31,580 nucleotides of DNA from Fibrobacteria bacterium (GTDB lineage: Bacteria; Fibrobacterota; Fibrobacteria; UBA11236): NCBI GenBank assembly GCA_050486505.1, contig JBJHDK010000023.1, forward strand, positions 1 to 31,580. Reading direction: 5' to 3'. Shown here piece by piece: positions 7,563 through 18,159 of this stretch. The notes under the pieces were generated by a model that was given only the letters and a program-made list of their open reading frames with translations, was not told the origin of the DNA and did no database searches. The position numbers and the translations under genes are program-made. Position 1 is the stretch's first letter, and each line of letters opens with the position of its first letter.

Positions 7563-9443
7563 ATGTCCACCCCTGTGATCCAGCCGCTGTCGGCGCTGAC
7601 CATCCAGAAAATCGCGGCCGGCGAGGTGATCGAACGCCCCGCGAATGTCGTCAAGGAACTGGTCGAAAATGCCCTTGACGCCGGTGCGACCAAGATTTCG
7701 GTCACGTTGGAGGAAGGCGGCAAGGAACTGATCCGCGTGGCGGACAACGGCCTGGGCATGACCCGTGACGATGCGCTGGTCTGCTGGATGCCGCACACCA
7801 CGAGCAAGATCCGCGCGGTGGAGGATCTCGACAGTGTGGCCAGTTTTGGATTCCGCGGCGAGGCGCTGGCGAGCATGGCAGCCGTCTCGGACCTGACGCT
7901 TGAGACCCGTCACTGGGAAGAGGAAACCGGCACGCGCCTGCGCATCACCGAGTCGCGCGAAGAGGAAAACGGCGTGGTCGCGCGCGGGCAGGGGACGACC
8001 ATCACGGTGCGCAATCTCTTCCGCAACAACCCCGTTCGTCGCAAGTTCCTGGGCACGGCGCGCGCCGAGACGGGGCGCATCACCACCTTGCTCACGCGCC
8101 TGTCGCTCGCGCACCCCGGGGTGACCTTCCGTCTCGCCGACGGGAATCGCGAGTTGCTCCACCTGCCCGAGGGGACCTTGCGCCGCCGAGCCGGCGACGT
8201 GCTGGGCGCGCACCTGCTCGAGGATCTCGTCGAGGTCGACTGGGAGGGCGGCGGCATTCACGTGCAGGGGTTCGTCTCCGAGCCGCAACGCTTCTCGGGC
8301 CGCGCGGGGCGCCAGCATTTCTTCGTGAACCGGCGCCATGTGCACAACCCCTTGCTCACGCGCGCGTTGTCGCAGGCCTACGAGGTCGCGCCTCCCGGAC
8401 GATACCCCGTGGCGGCGCTCTTTCTCTCGGTGGCGCCCGCCGAGATCGACGTCAATATCCACCCGACCAAGCGCGAGATCCGTTTCCTCAACGAGGCGCG
8501 CGTGTATTGGGCCTTGTCGCAGGCCTTGCGTGCCGCGTTGCGCGGTGCGGTGGGCGCGCCCGCACTCGAGCTGGATCCGGAGCCTCCCCAGGGAGTCCCC
8601 GCACGGGGTGAGGACGATGAAGGTTTCCCCCATCCGACGACGACACCGAAAGTCGCGCCGCCGTTTGTGTACACACCCGCCGTTTCCGCAGAACCTGGCC
8701 GGGAACGGGAAAAGGACGCGGGGGTGTCCGCTGCCGACGCGACTGCGCCCGGGGAATCCCGGAATGCATCAAATGTGATGTCGTTTCCCGAGCTTCCGGG
8801 GCATGCCGCGAGAGGGACGGTGCCGTTCGAGTTCGCGGGAGTTCCATGCCTGCAGATTCATGGGAGCTTCATCGTGGTGGCGATCCGCGGGGGGTACCTG
8901 CTGGTGAACCAGCGGGCGGCGCATGAACGCATCCTGTACGAGAAGGCGCTCGAAGACCTGAAAAGGCCGGGGCGTTTCAGCGCGCAGCAATTGCTTTTCC
9001 CGGCCCTGGTGGAGTTCTCCGCCGCGGAGGCCGCGGTGGTTGAAAAGCACATGGCGGAGTTGCGCACGTTGGGGTTCGATCTGGAGCCGTTCGGTTCCAC
9101 CGCCTTCCAGTTGCGGGGATCGCCTGCCGATGTCCGCCCCGAGAAGGCGCAGACGGTGCTGCAGGAACTGGTGTCGGTGCTGCTGGAGGAACCGTCTCGC
9201 CGCGGAGAGGGGCCGGACGGGGTCAGTGCCGGCGTGGCCCGCGCCTATGCCCGCGCTACCGCGATTCCGCTGAACGAGCCGCTCGACGCGGCACGCATGG
9301 CGGCGCTCGTCGACGGGCTGTTCGCAACGCGCAATCCTTATGTCTCGCCCACGGGACAGCCGGTATTGATTCGGCACTCGCTCGAAGAGATCCGGCGGAG
9401 GTTCGGGATCAAGGCCGGGGAGACGGAGCCCTTCCGGGAATAG
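7563..9443 (+). CDS. mutL: DNA mismatch repair protein MutL (626 aa)
   Basis: IAAGEVIERPANVVKELVENALDAGA, HTTSKI, GFRGEALAS and DVNIHPTKRE. Start placed at the ATG at 7563. Confidence 0.96.
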   Translation: MSTPVIQPLSALTIQKIAAGEVIERPANVVKELVENALDAGATKISVTLEEGGKELIRVADNGLGMTRDDALVCWMPHTTSKIRAVEDLDSVASFGFRGEALASMAAVSDLTLETRHWEEETGTRLRITESREEENGVVARGQGTTITVRNLFRNNPVRRKFLGTARAETGRITTLLTRLSLAHPGVTFRLADGNRELLHLPEGTLRRRAGDVLGAHLLEDLVEVDWEGGGIHVQGFVSEPQRFSGRAGRQHFFVNRRHVHNPLLTRALSQAYEVAPPGRYPVAALFLSVAPAEIDVNIHPTKREIRFLNEARVYWALSQALRAALRGAVGAPALELDPEPPQGVPARGEDDEGFPHPTTTPKVAPPFVYTPAVSAEPGREREKDAGVSAADATAPGESRNASNVMSFPELPGHAARGTVPFEFAGVPCLQIHGSFIVVAIRGGYLLVNQRAAHERILYEKALEDLKRPGRFSAQQLLFPALVEFSAAEAAVVEKHMAELRTLGFDLEPFGSTAFQLRGSPADVRPEKAQTVLQELVSVLLEEPSRRGEGPDGVSAGVARAYARATAIPLNEPLDAARMAALVDGLFATRNPYVSPTGQPVLIRHSLEEIRRRFGIKAGETEPFRE

Positions 9444-9555
9444 AGTCTTTGCCCGGGAGCGTGAAGCCAGGGAAAAAGGGGTTTTTACGCGCGTGGGGAG
9501 AGTGGCCAAGGCCTCATGCGGAGGTTAAATTTGACGCATCGATGCAGATCGATCC

Positions 9556-9926
9556 GGGGGCGTAAAGGTTTCGACGGGATCGGACGAGTCGAGAGTTGCA
9601 TGCCGAGGATCTCTGGTTGGCCTCGTTAATCACTCCAGGGAAACAAGAACTGCAGAAGAATCCAATTCTTATGCAATGGCTGCCTAATTAAACACTAGGC
9701 GCCTTCGGGTTCCGGGGATGGCGTCTCAGCGCCCCGGGATTCGGCATAACCCTGAGACTGGACCTCGCGGGTCGCCCGGGACGCGAGGTCGAGATCACCG
9801 GGCTGGTCTTCGCGGCAGCCGGTTCCTAGGGCGTCCGCGGGGACGAGATCAAATCAGGGAAAACGCATGTAGGAGCGATCGGTGAGTTCATTTCGGACGC
9901 GGGTTCGATTCCCGCCGCCTCCACCA
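9556..9926 (+). ncRNA. ssrA: tmRNA; tag (A)AEESNSYAMAA encoded at 9652-9687
   Basis: 5' GGGGGCG...GGTTTCGACG and 3' GACGCGGGTTCGATTCCCGCCGCCTCCACCA; G3:U70 acceptor pair; tag ORF ending YAMAA-TAA. Confidence 0.97.
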
Positions 9927-10141
9927 GCCTGCGCGGCGGATGGTCATTCCCGCCGCTCCTCTTCCGGGGCGCGCGACTGCGAGGGCAGGGCTGCCCCGAA
10001 GAGTCCCCCGGGGATGTTTCGGTTGCCTTGAGTCCCCCCCCTATGTATGTTGTCCCCCGCTTTGGGTGGCCCCCGTGGCGGCGCCCATCGCGCACACCCA
10101 TTATTTTCAGGCGACAATGGAAATCCGGAAAGGCGCGGAGC

Positions 10142-11071
10142 ATGATTGAAGTTGAAGGCCTCACGAAGCGCTACGGCCCGGCTTTGGCCGTTGACGATGT
10201 TTCGTTCAGCGTTCGCAAGGGCGAGGTCGTGGGGCTGCTCGGCCCCAACGGTGCGGGCAAAACCACGACGATGAAGATCCTGACGTGTTTCATCTCGGCC
10301 ACGGGCGGCAAGGCTTCCGTCAACGGCTTCGATACCTTCGATGAGCCCTTGAAGGTGCGGGAGCAGATCGGGTACCTGCCTGAAAACTGTCCCCTGTATC
10401 AGGATGCCGACGTCACGACCTACCTGAACTTCTGCGCCGAAGTGCGCAAGATTCCCTTCAAGGAGCGTCGCGCCGCGGTTGAACGCGTCGTCTCGGACTG
10501 TGATCTCGGCGCCGTGCGCCACAAGACGATCGGCCACCTGTCGAAGGGTTACCGCCAGCGTGTCGGCCTGGCCCAGGCACTGCTGCACAATCCGCCCGTG
10601 CTCATCCTCGACGAGCCCACGTCGGGCCTTGATCCGAACCAGATCCGCGACATTTTGCACCTCATCACGAATCTGGGAAAGGAGAGGACTGTGATCCACT
10701 CGACCCACATTCTCTCCGAGGTGGAGGCCACCAGCGATCGCGTGCTCATCATCAACAAGGGAAAGATCGTCGCGCAGGGGACCCCGCGCGAGTTGGTCGC
10801 GCGCGGGTCGGGAACGACGGTGTACGTGACCGTGAAGGGGGAGGGGAGCATCGAAGCGCTGGCTGCGTCCCCGTTCGCGTCCAGGGTCGTCACGGTGGGC
10901 GGCGCCCCGGAGGGTTTGACCCGTCTGGCGGTTCACGGGGCCGAGGGGCGCGACGTGGCCCTGGACGTGTACCGGATGTCGGTCGAGAAGGGGTGGGAAC
11001 TGTCGGAACTGCGATCCGAGGCGGCCAGGCTCGAGGACGTGTTCGCGAACCTGACGAGGGAGAAAACATGA
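10142..11071 (+). CDS. ABC transporter ATP-binding protein, GldA-like (309 aa)
   Basis: GPNGAGKTT, LSKGYRQRVGLAQA and LILDEPT. Start placed at the ATG at 10142 after GGAG. Confidence 0.93.
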   Translation: MIEVEGLTKRYGPALAVDDVSFSVRKGEVVGLLGPNGAGKTTTMKILTCFISATGGKASVNGFDTFDEPLKVREQIGYLPENCPLYQDADVTTYLNFCAEVRKIPFKERRAAVERVVSDCDLGAVRHKTIGHLSKGYRQRVGLAQALLHNPPVLILDEPTSGLDPNQIRDILHLITNLGKERTVIHSTHILSEVEATSDRVLIINKGKIVAQGTPRELVARGSGTTVYVTVKGEGSIEALAASPFASRVVTVGGAPEGLTRLAVHGAEGRDVALDVYRMSVEKGWELSELRSEAARLEDVFANLTREKT

Positions 11072-11796
11072 GCGGCGGAAACATCGCGGCGATTTTCAAG
11101 AAGGAGTTGCGGAGCTACTTCGCCTCGCCGGTGGGGTACGTGTTCATCATCTTCTTCCTGCTGGTTTCGAACGGATTCTTTTTCTTCATCCAGGACTTCT
11201 TCAGGGCCGGGCAGGCGACCATGCGCGGCTATTTCATGATGCTCCCGTGGCTGTACCTCTTCTTCGTGCCGGCGATCACGATGCGCCTTTGGGCGGAGGA
11301 GCGCAAGGTGGGCACTCTCGAAATGCTGCTGACCATGCCCTTGCGCGAATCCGAAGTCGTTCTCGGAAAGTTTCTCGCAAGCTTCGCCTTCCTGGGCATC
11401 ACCATGGCATTCACCTTGACCGTGCCGGTTTCGATCGGAATCGTCGGGCGTCCGGACTGGGGGGTCATCGTGGCGTCCTACGCCGGGGCGCTTCTCCTCG
11501 GGGCCGCTTACCTGTCCATCGGATTGTGGATCAGTTCCCTGACGGAGAACCAGGTGGTGGCATTCGTGGTTTCGATGGCCCTGATCTTCGTGTTCCTCGT
11601 TGCGGGGATCGCTCCGGCCTATCTCGGCAGCCTGGGTTGGTTTGTGCACGTTGCCGAGTACATCAGCCTGCTTTCCCACTTCCAGAACATCCTCAGGGGC
11701 GTGCTTGATTCCCGCGACGTGGTCTACTACGTCTCCGTGGTCGCGCTTTTCCTGTACCTGAACGTGAAGAATATCGAAGCCAGAAAGTGGAGATAA
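11068..11796 (+). CDS. ABC-2 permease, GldF-like (242 aa)
   Basis: KKELRSYFASP, PAITMRLWAEERKVGTLEMLLT, VLGKFLA and SSLTENQVVA; ATGA overlap. Confidence 0.9.
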   Translation: MSGGNIAAIFKKELRSYFASPVGYVFIIFFLLVSNGFFFFIQDFFRAGQATMRGYFMMLPWLYLFFVPAITMRLWAEERKVGTLEMLLTMPLRESEVVLGKFLASFAFLGITMAFTLTVPVSIGIVGRPDWGVIVASYAGALLLGAAYLSIGLWISSLTENQVVAFVVSMALIFVFLVAGIAPAYLGSLGWFVHVAEYISLLSHFQNILRGVLDSRDVVYYVSVVALFLYLNVKNIEARKWR

Positions 11797-11800
11797 CGCA

Positions 11801-13432
11801 ATGACTTCGAAGAAAATCAGCTCCCGCGCGGGGGCCTGGCTCGGAATCATCAGCCTCGTGGTCACGCTCGCCGCGGTCGCCATCGTCAGCCAGCTTTACG
11901 TCAACACCCGCATCGACCTGACCCGCGACAAGCAGTTCACTCTCAGCGAATCGGCGCTCAAGACACTTGAAGACCTGCCCGACATCGTGACCCTCAGGGC
12001 CGTGATGTCGCGCGACCTTCCCAGCCAATTCCTGCAGGTACGCCAGCGCGTGACGGACTTGCTCCGTGAATTCGAAGCCCGCTCCGACGGCAAGATCAAC
12101 CTGGTTTTCGAGGATCCCGGCGATGATCCCGAGCGCCGTCAACGCGCGAATGCGCTCGGGGTCCAGGAGGTGATGCTCCAGGAGCAGACCCGCGACGGCA
12201 TGCAGGTGAAGCGCGGTTATTTCGGGCTCGCATTGCTCTATGGCGACAAGAAAGAAGTCTTCCCGGTCATCCAGAACATGGAGACATTCGAGTACGAGCT
12301 GGTGGTGATGCTCAAGCGCCTCACCGGCAGCAGGAAGGTCATCGGCATCGTGGATGGAGACGCCGGCAACGAGTTTGCCTTCGTCGTTCCCGGGGGCGAA
12401 GCCATGCAACAGCAGGTGACGCGCGGCTTCGCCGAGAACTTCCCGTCGCTCAAGCGCGAGATGGAAAACCTTTATCGTGTCGAAACCGTGAACCTTGCCC
12501 ACGGGCGCGTGCGCGACGACATCGACCTGTTGCTGGTCGTCGGCCCCACCTATCTCTCCGAGCGCGAAAAATACCGGCTCGACCAGTACGTGATGTCGGG
12601 TCGCCCCGTCATCGTCCTGACGCAGGGCATGAACCTCAGCCTGATGACCGGAATCACGGCGCGGCCCGCCAGCAGCGGCTACGAAGACTTGCTGGCCCAC
12701 TACGGAATCGGGGTGCGGATGAACATGATCCTTGAGCCGCGGCAGTGGGAGTCGGTGCGTTTCGGAAGCTCGATGTTCCCGATGCCCTACCCTTACTGGA
12801 TCGTGGTGACTCCCGGTGGCATGAGCCGCGACAATCCCATCACCGCGACCCTGCCTTCTGCGAGCTTTCCGTGGACGTCCTCGCTCGAGGTGTTGCCCGA
12901 GGCGCAACCCCTCGCCCAGGCCGAGGTGCTTGTGCGCTCGAGCGAGCAGTCATGGGAGGAAACCGGAAACCTCTTCCTGTATCCCCGCGAATTGAATGAA
13001 TACATGCCGGTCAACCAACAGTCGCATGCGCTTGCGGTACTCAAGACCGGACCGATGACCTCCCGCTACGCCGAGTATCTTCCCGAGGGGCTTGCGGCCA
13101 CCGATACCGCAAACCGGCTGGCGGAATCGCGCGGCGACGCGCGCGTCCTCGTCGTTTCCAACGTCCTGTTCGGCACCGATTTTTATGTCGGCTATACCAA
13201 TGCGCTGGGGAACCTTCACTTTCTGATGAATGCCGTGGACATGCTGGCGCTTGACCCCGACCTCATCCGCATCCGCAGCCGCATGCAGCGCGACCTCCCC
13301 CTCGACAGCGAACTCGTGGCACGCGCGAAGACACCCCTCATCCTGGCGAACATGCTGCTCGCGCCCCTGCTTGTGCTGGGCGTGGGCGTGTTCATGGGAA
13401 TCCGCAGACGCAAAAAGGAGACGAAGGCATGA
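11801..13432 (+). CDS. GldG-like ABC auxiliary component (543 aa)
   Basis: RIDLTRDKQFTLS, LLVVGP...LDQYVMSG, N- and C-terminal TM helices, and operon context. Confidence 0.85.
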   Translation: MTSKKISSRAGAWLGIISLVVTLAAVAIVSQLYVNTRIDLTRDKQFTLSESALKTLEDLPDIVTLRAVMSRDLPSQFLQVRQRVTDLLREFEARSDGKINLVFEDPGDDPERRQRANALGVQEVMLQEQTRDGMQVKRGYFGLALLYGDKKEVFPVIQNMETFEYELVVMLKRLTGSRKVIGIVDGDAGNEFAFVVPGGEAMQQQVTRGFAENFPSLKREMENLYRVETVNLAHGRVRDDIDLLLVVGPTYLSEREKYRLDQYVMSGRPVIVLTQGMNLSLMTGITARPASSGYEDLLAHYGIGVRMNMILEPRQWESVRFGSSMFPMPYPYWIVVTPGGMSRDNPITATLPSASFPWTSSLEVLPEAQPLAQAEVLVRSSEQSWEETGNLFLYPRELNEYMPVNQQSHALAVLKTGPMTSRYAEYLPEGLAATDTANRLAESRGDARVLVVSNVLFGTDFYVGYTNALGNLHFLMNAVDMLALDPDLIRIRSRMQRDLPLDSELVARAKTPLILANMLLAPLLVLGVGVFMGIRRRKKETKA

Positions 13433-14466
13433 AGAAACCCCTGCTGGCGCTCGGAGGAGCCCTGCTGCTCCTCGTCGCCGTACTTGTCATCCGCGACCAG
13501 ATGGAGAAGGCGGCGTTGCGTCCACAGTACGCCTTCCCGAACCTCCAGCAGGAGGATCCGGTCAGCCTGCGCATTATTTATCAGGATGACAGCGCTGCGC
13601 TGTTCCGTGCCGGCGGCGTCTGGTTCACCGCGGGCGACAGTGTTCCCGTGGATTCTCTCAAGATCGCGACGGCCCTTCGCAGCCTTCGGGGCATCCAGGT
13701 TCGGGAAATGGTCTCCCGAGATCCCGACTCCTCGCGCCTTGTCGAGTACGGCCTCGTGCCTTCCGAAATCAAGGTGCGGGAGTGGGACACCGCATCGGGC
13801 GCGCGGCAGTTCGCACATCTCGGCAAGGCATCGGGCAGCGACTTCGCATCCAACTTCTGGAAACACCCCGATGCCCCGGAGGTCTATCGCACGCCGCGCA
13901 GCATCACCTACGACTTTCCCGCGCGTCCCGTGGACTGGAAGGGGCGCATGCCCTTCCCGTTCTTCCTTTATGAGGACGTCGCAAGCGTCGAGGTTCGCTG
14001 GCGCGACGACGAGGGAACGGAACATCACTACCGCCTCGACCGGGTGAGCGACACGGCCGCCGTGCTGGTGGAACCCTTCGAGTCCGAGGTTCCACGTCGC
14101 AGCGCAGCCGCGATCTTCGTCCAGACCCCCCAGTTCGTGATCGACGGGTTCGTGGACCCCCAGGATCCCCATGTCCTGGTTTCCGATCTCGACAACCCGG
14201 CCCTCGTCGTGCGAACGACGATGAAGGACGGCACGGTGCATCTCTTCGAGGCGGGTCCGGCGATCGATGGCCACCACTACGCCCGCCATCCCGGGGCTCG
14301 GAATACCTTCATCAAGGTGCGGCAGTGGCGCGTCGACTTTTTCAAGAAAACCGTCGATGACGTGTTGACCGAACCGCCTCCAGAGGATGATGGCGACGAC
14401 GACGGCTTTGTCGACCTTCCCGAGCCGGGCAGCGAGGAGTTCTACCGCATGCAGCAGGGCATGTAG
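13429..14466 (+). CDS. DUF4340-like membrane-anchored protein (345 aa)
   Basis: N-terminal TM, LVEYGL motif, typical position after GldG, acidic tail. Confidence 0.7.
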   Translation: MKKPLLALGGALLLLVAVLVIRDQMEKAALRPQYAFPNLQQEDPVSLRIIYQDDSAALFRAGGVWFTAGDSVPVDSLKIATALRSLRGIQVREMVSRDPDSSRLVEYGLVPSEIKVREWDTASGARQFAHLGKASGSDFASNFWKHPDAPEVYRTPRSITYDFPARPVDWKGRMPFPFFLYEDVASVEVRWRDDEGTEHHYRLDRVSDTAAVLVEPFESEVPRRSAAAIFVQTPQFVIDGFVDPQDPHVLVSDLDNPALVVRTTMKDGTVHLFEAGPAIDGHHYARHPGARNTFIKVRQWRVDFFKKTVDDVLTEPPPEDDGDDDGFVDLPEPGSEEFYRMQQGM

Positions 14467-14485
14467 CCCCGTCGTTGCGTGAATC

Positions 14486-15118
14486 TCAGGCCTCCGGGGA
14501 ACCGGGGGCCTTTTTTTGCGCGGTGCGCGTGAGCAGGTCGCGCAGCACGAAGGGAGTGAGTCCGCCCGTTTCAGGAAGCGTCGACAGATTCGTCACAAAC
14601 TCGCCGTGGGTGCGCCCTCCGCGATAATCGGGCTCGCGGCTGGGGTGTCGCAGGTAGCGGTCGATGCGCTCCGTCGGCGTCGCGACCAGCACTGAGGCGA
14701 GGAACACCGCGCATTCACGCGGCAGGTGCAGCGAGGAGCCCGACACCTTGCGCAGCCCTTCGGGAGTTTCCACCGCGAGGTCGGAGATCCCCCGGACGGA
14801 GGCCCGCAATCCGAAGGCTCCCTCCAGCGCATCGGCCACGAAGGCGTTCCCCATCCTGAAGAAATCGTGGATGCCCAGATCCTTCCGGCGCTCGAACCGC
14901 AAGGCGATGCAGACGCAACCGGGATCGAGATAGACTGCCCCGCCGCCGCCGCGCCGCTTGTAGACCGGGACGTTGTCCCTCGCGGCGGCTTCGAGATCGA
15001 CTTCGCGCTCAGGATCCTGGGAGTAACCGAGGACGATGAGGGGGGACCCGGGGATCCATATCCGTGTCGGGGGAACCTGCGGGTCGAGGATGTCTTCCCC
15101 CGTGGGCCAGGGGTGCAT
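14486..15118 (-). CDS. Lipoate-protein ligase family, catalytic domain only (about 210 aa)
   Basis: IVLG, KRRGGGGAVYLDPG and SDL...RKVSGSS; follows the PDH operon. Start placed at 15118, downstream of TACAAT. Confidence 0.85.
   Translation of the reverse strand: MHPWPTGEDILDPQVPPTRIWIPGSPLIVLGYSQDPEREVDLEAAARDNVPVYKRRGGGGAVYLDPGCVCIALRFERRKDLGIHDFFRMGNAFVADALEGAFGLRASVRGISDLAVETPEGLRKVSGSSLHLPRECAVFLASVLVATPTERIDRYLRHPSREPDYRGGRTHGEFVTNLSTLPETGGLTPFVLRDLLTRTAQKKAPGSPEA
14488..14517 (+). terminator. Intrinsic terminator of the ABC operon, overlapping the 3' end of the lipoate ligase gene
   Basis: AGGCCTCCGG-GGAA-CCGGGGGCC followed by T7. Confidence 0.8.
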
Positions 15119-15148
15119 GTGGCCGGTGGAGGGATATTGTATGGGCGA

Positions 15149-15173
15149 CCTTCCCGGCCTTCGCCGGGATGAC
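15149..15173 (-). repeat. REP-like palindrome GTCATCCCGGCGAAGGCCGGGAAGG
   Basis: TCCCGGC-GAAG-GCCGGGA stem, matching the 'VIPAKAG' class of palindromic repeats. Confidence 0.65.
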
Positions 15174-15229
15174 TGGGGCGCCCTTACGGGGGGGGGATTC
15201 ATCGTCACCGGCCACGTCGTCCTGCGCGG

Positions 15230-16633
<1,404 letters not shown>

Positions 16634-16706
16634 TGCGTTTCCCGAGGATGGACCGCTGAACCCGGTCGGGCGGACGGTCGGATGATGGGTTGATGGGTGC
16701 GGATTA

Positions 16707-16736
16707 TGTAGGGGCAAATAATTATTTGCCCCTACA
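16707..16736. repeat. Perfect 30-bp palindrome, GTAG-type REP
   Basis: TGTAGGGGCAAATAA|TTATTTGCCCCTACA. Confidence 0.85.
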
Positions 16737-16741
16737 ATCCG

Positions 16742-18094
16742 TCACAACATCAACCTCACAGGGTTTTCCAACAGCGATTTCAGTGCCGCGAGGAACTGCG
16801 CGGCCAGCGCGCCGTCGATGACGCGGTGGTCGGCGCTCAGGGTGACCTTCATCACCTGGCGCTCCTTGGGGGTTCCGTCGGCGTCGAGGTACAGCTCGGA
16901 ATGCGTGCCGCCCACCGCGAGGATGGCGGCCTGCGGCGGGTTGATGATGGCGGTGAACTCGTCGACCCCGAACATGCCGAGGTTCGAGATGGTGAAGGTG
17001 CCGCCCTGGAATTCCTCGGGGGCGAGCTTGCCCGCCTTGGCCTTGCCGACCAGCTCCTTGACCTCGCGCGAGATGGCGCCCAGGCCCTTCTTATCGGCAT
17101 CCTTCACGATCGGGGTGATCAGCCCGTCGGGGATGGCCACGGCCACGCAGATGTCGATGTTGGAGTGCTCGCGGATGAAGTCGCCGTGGAAGGCGCTGTT
17201 CACCGCGGGGAATTGGCGCAGTGCGAAGGCCGTGGCCTTCACGACGAGGTCGTTCACCGAAATCTTGTAGCCCGGAGCGCCGTTGAGCTGGGCCCGCACG
17301 GCGTTGACCGCGCCCATGTCGATCTTCTGCGTGACGAAGAACACCGGGGTGGTCTGCGCCGACTCAAGCAGGCGCTTGCCGATGATGGCGCGCATCTTGG
17401 TGAGCTGCACGTCGTGGGTTTCGCCGACGGGCGCGAGCGATCCGAAGACCGCGGGAAGCGAGGCCGTGTCCGGCTTTTTGGCGGGGGTTCCCGTTGCGGG
17501 CGCGGCCGTGGCGGGGCGGGGGGCCGCCTTTGCGGCTTCGATGTCACGCGCGATGATGCGGCCGCCGGGACCGCTGGCGGTCACGGACGACAGGGGGACG
17601 CCGGCTTCGGCGGCCACCTTGCGGGCCAGGGGGGAGGCCTTGACGCGTCCACTCTCCTCCGTTTGGGCGACCGGGCCGGTCGCCCTTGCAGGGGCTTCGG
17701 AGTGAGAGGATGACTTCGCGGCTTCTTCCTTTACAGGAGCGGATTTCGGAGCGTCCCCGGATGCAGCGGGGGCGGCAGGGGGGGGCCCCGCACCTTCCTT
17801 GCCTTTTCCGTCCTTTTCCATCGCCTTCTTCACATAGTCATCGATGTTCTCGTCCTTCTCGTCGGAGAGGATGGCGATGAGCTGGTTGACCTTGGCATTG
17901 GTCCCGTCGGGCACGACGATCTTGCGCAGGTAGCCTTCATCCATGCTTTCGTAGTCGACCGTGGTCTTGTCGGTCTCGACGCTGCAGAGCATGGTGCCGG
18001 GCTTGATGAAGTCGCCTTCCTTCACGAGCCACTTGGCGAGGACGCCCTCTTCCATGGTGGGGCTGAGGCTGGGCATGAGGATGCTGGTGGGCAT
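16742..18094 (-). CDS. pdhC: Pyruvate dehydrogenase E2 with a single lipoyl domain
   Basis: MPSLSPTMEEG, ETDK, ASPLARK, GGTFTISNLG and DHRVIDGA. Confidence 0.96.
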   Translation of the reverse strand: MPTSILMPSLSPTMEEGVLAKWLVKEGDFIKPGTMLCSVETDKTTVDYESMDEGYLRKIVVPDGTNAKVNQLIAILSDEKDENIDDYVKKAMEKDGKGKEGAGPPPAAPAASGDAPKSAPVKEEAAKSSSHSEAPARATGPVAQTEESGRVKASPLARKVAAEAGVPLSSVTASGPGGRIIARDIEAAKAAPRPATAAPATGTPAKKPDTASLPAVFGSLAPVGETHDVQLTKMRAIIGKRLLESAQTTPVFFVTQKIDMGAVNAVRAQLNGAPGYKISVNDLVVKATAFALRQFPAVNSAFHGDFIREHSNIDICVAVAIPDGLITPIVKDADKKGLGAISREVKELVGKAKAGKLAPEEFQGGTFTISNLGMFGVDEFTAIINPPQAAILAVGGTHSELYLDADGTPKERQVMKVTLSADHRVIDGALAAQFLAALKSLLENPVRLML

Positions 18095-18119
18095 TGGGAT
18101 CTCCGTTGGCGTTCCGCTG

Positions 18120-18147
18120 GCAGGGCAACCCGGCGGGTCGCCCGTAC
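18120..18147 (-). repeat. GTAG-like REP hairpin
   Basis: GTACGGGCGACCC-GCC-GGGTTGCCCTGC between pdhB and pdhC. Confidence 0.6.
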
Positions 18148-18159
18148 GGGGGCGGTGGA

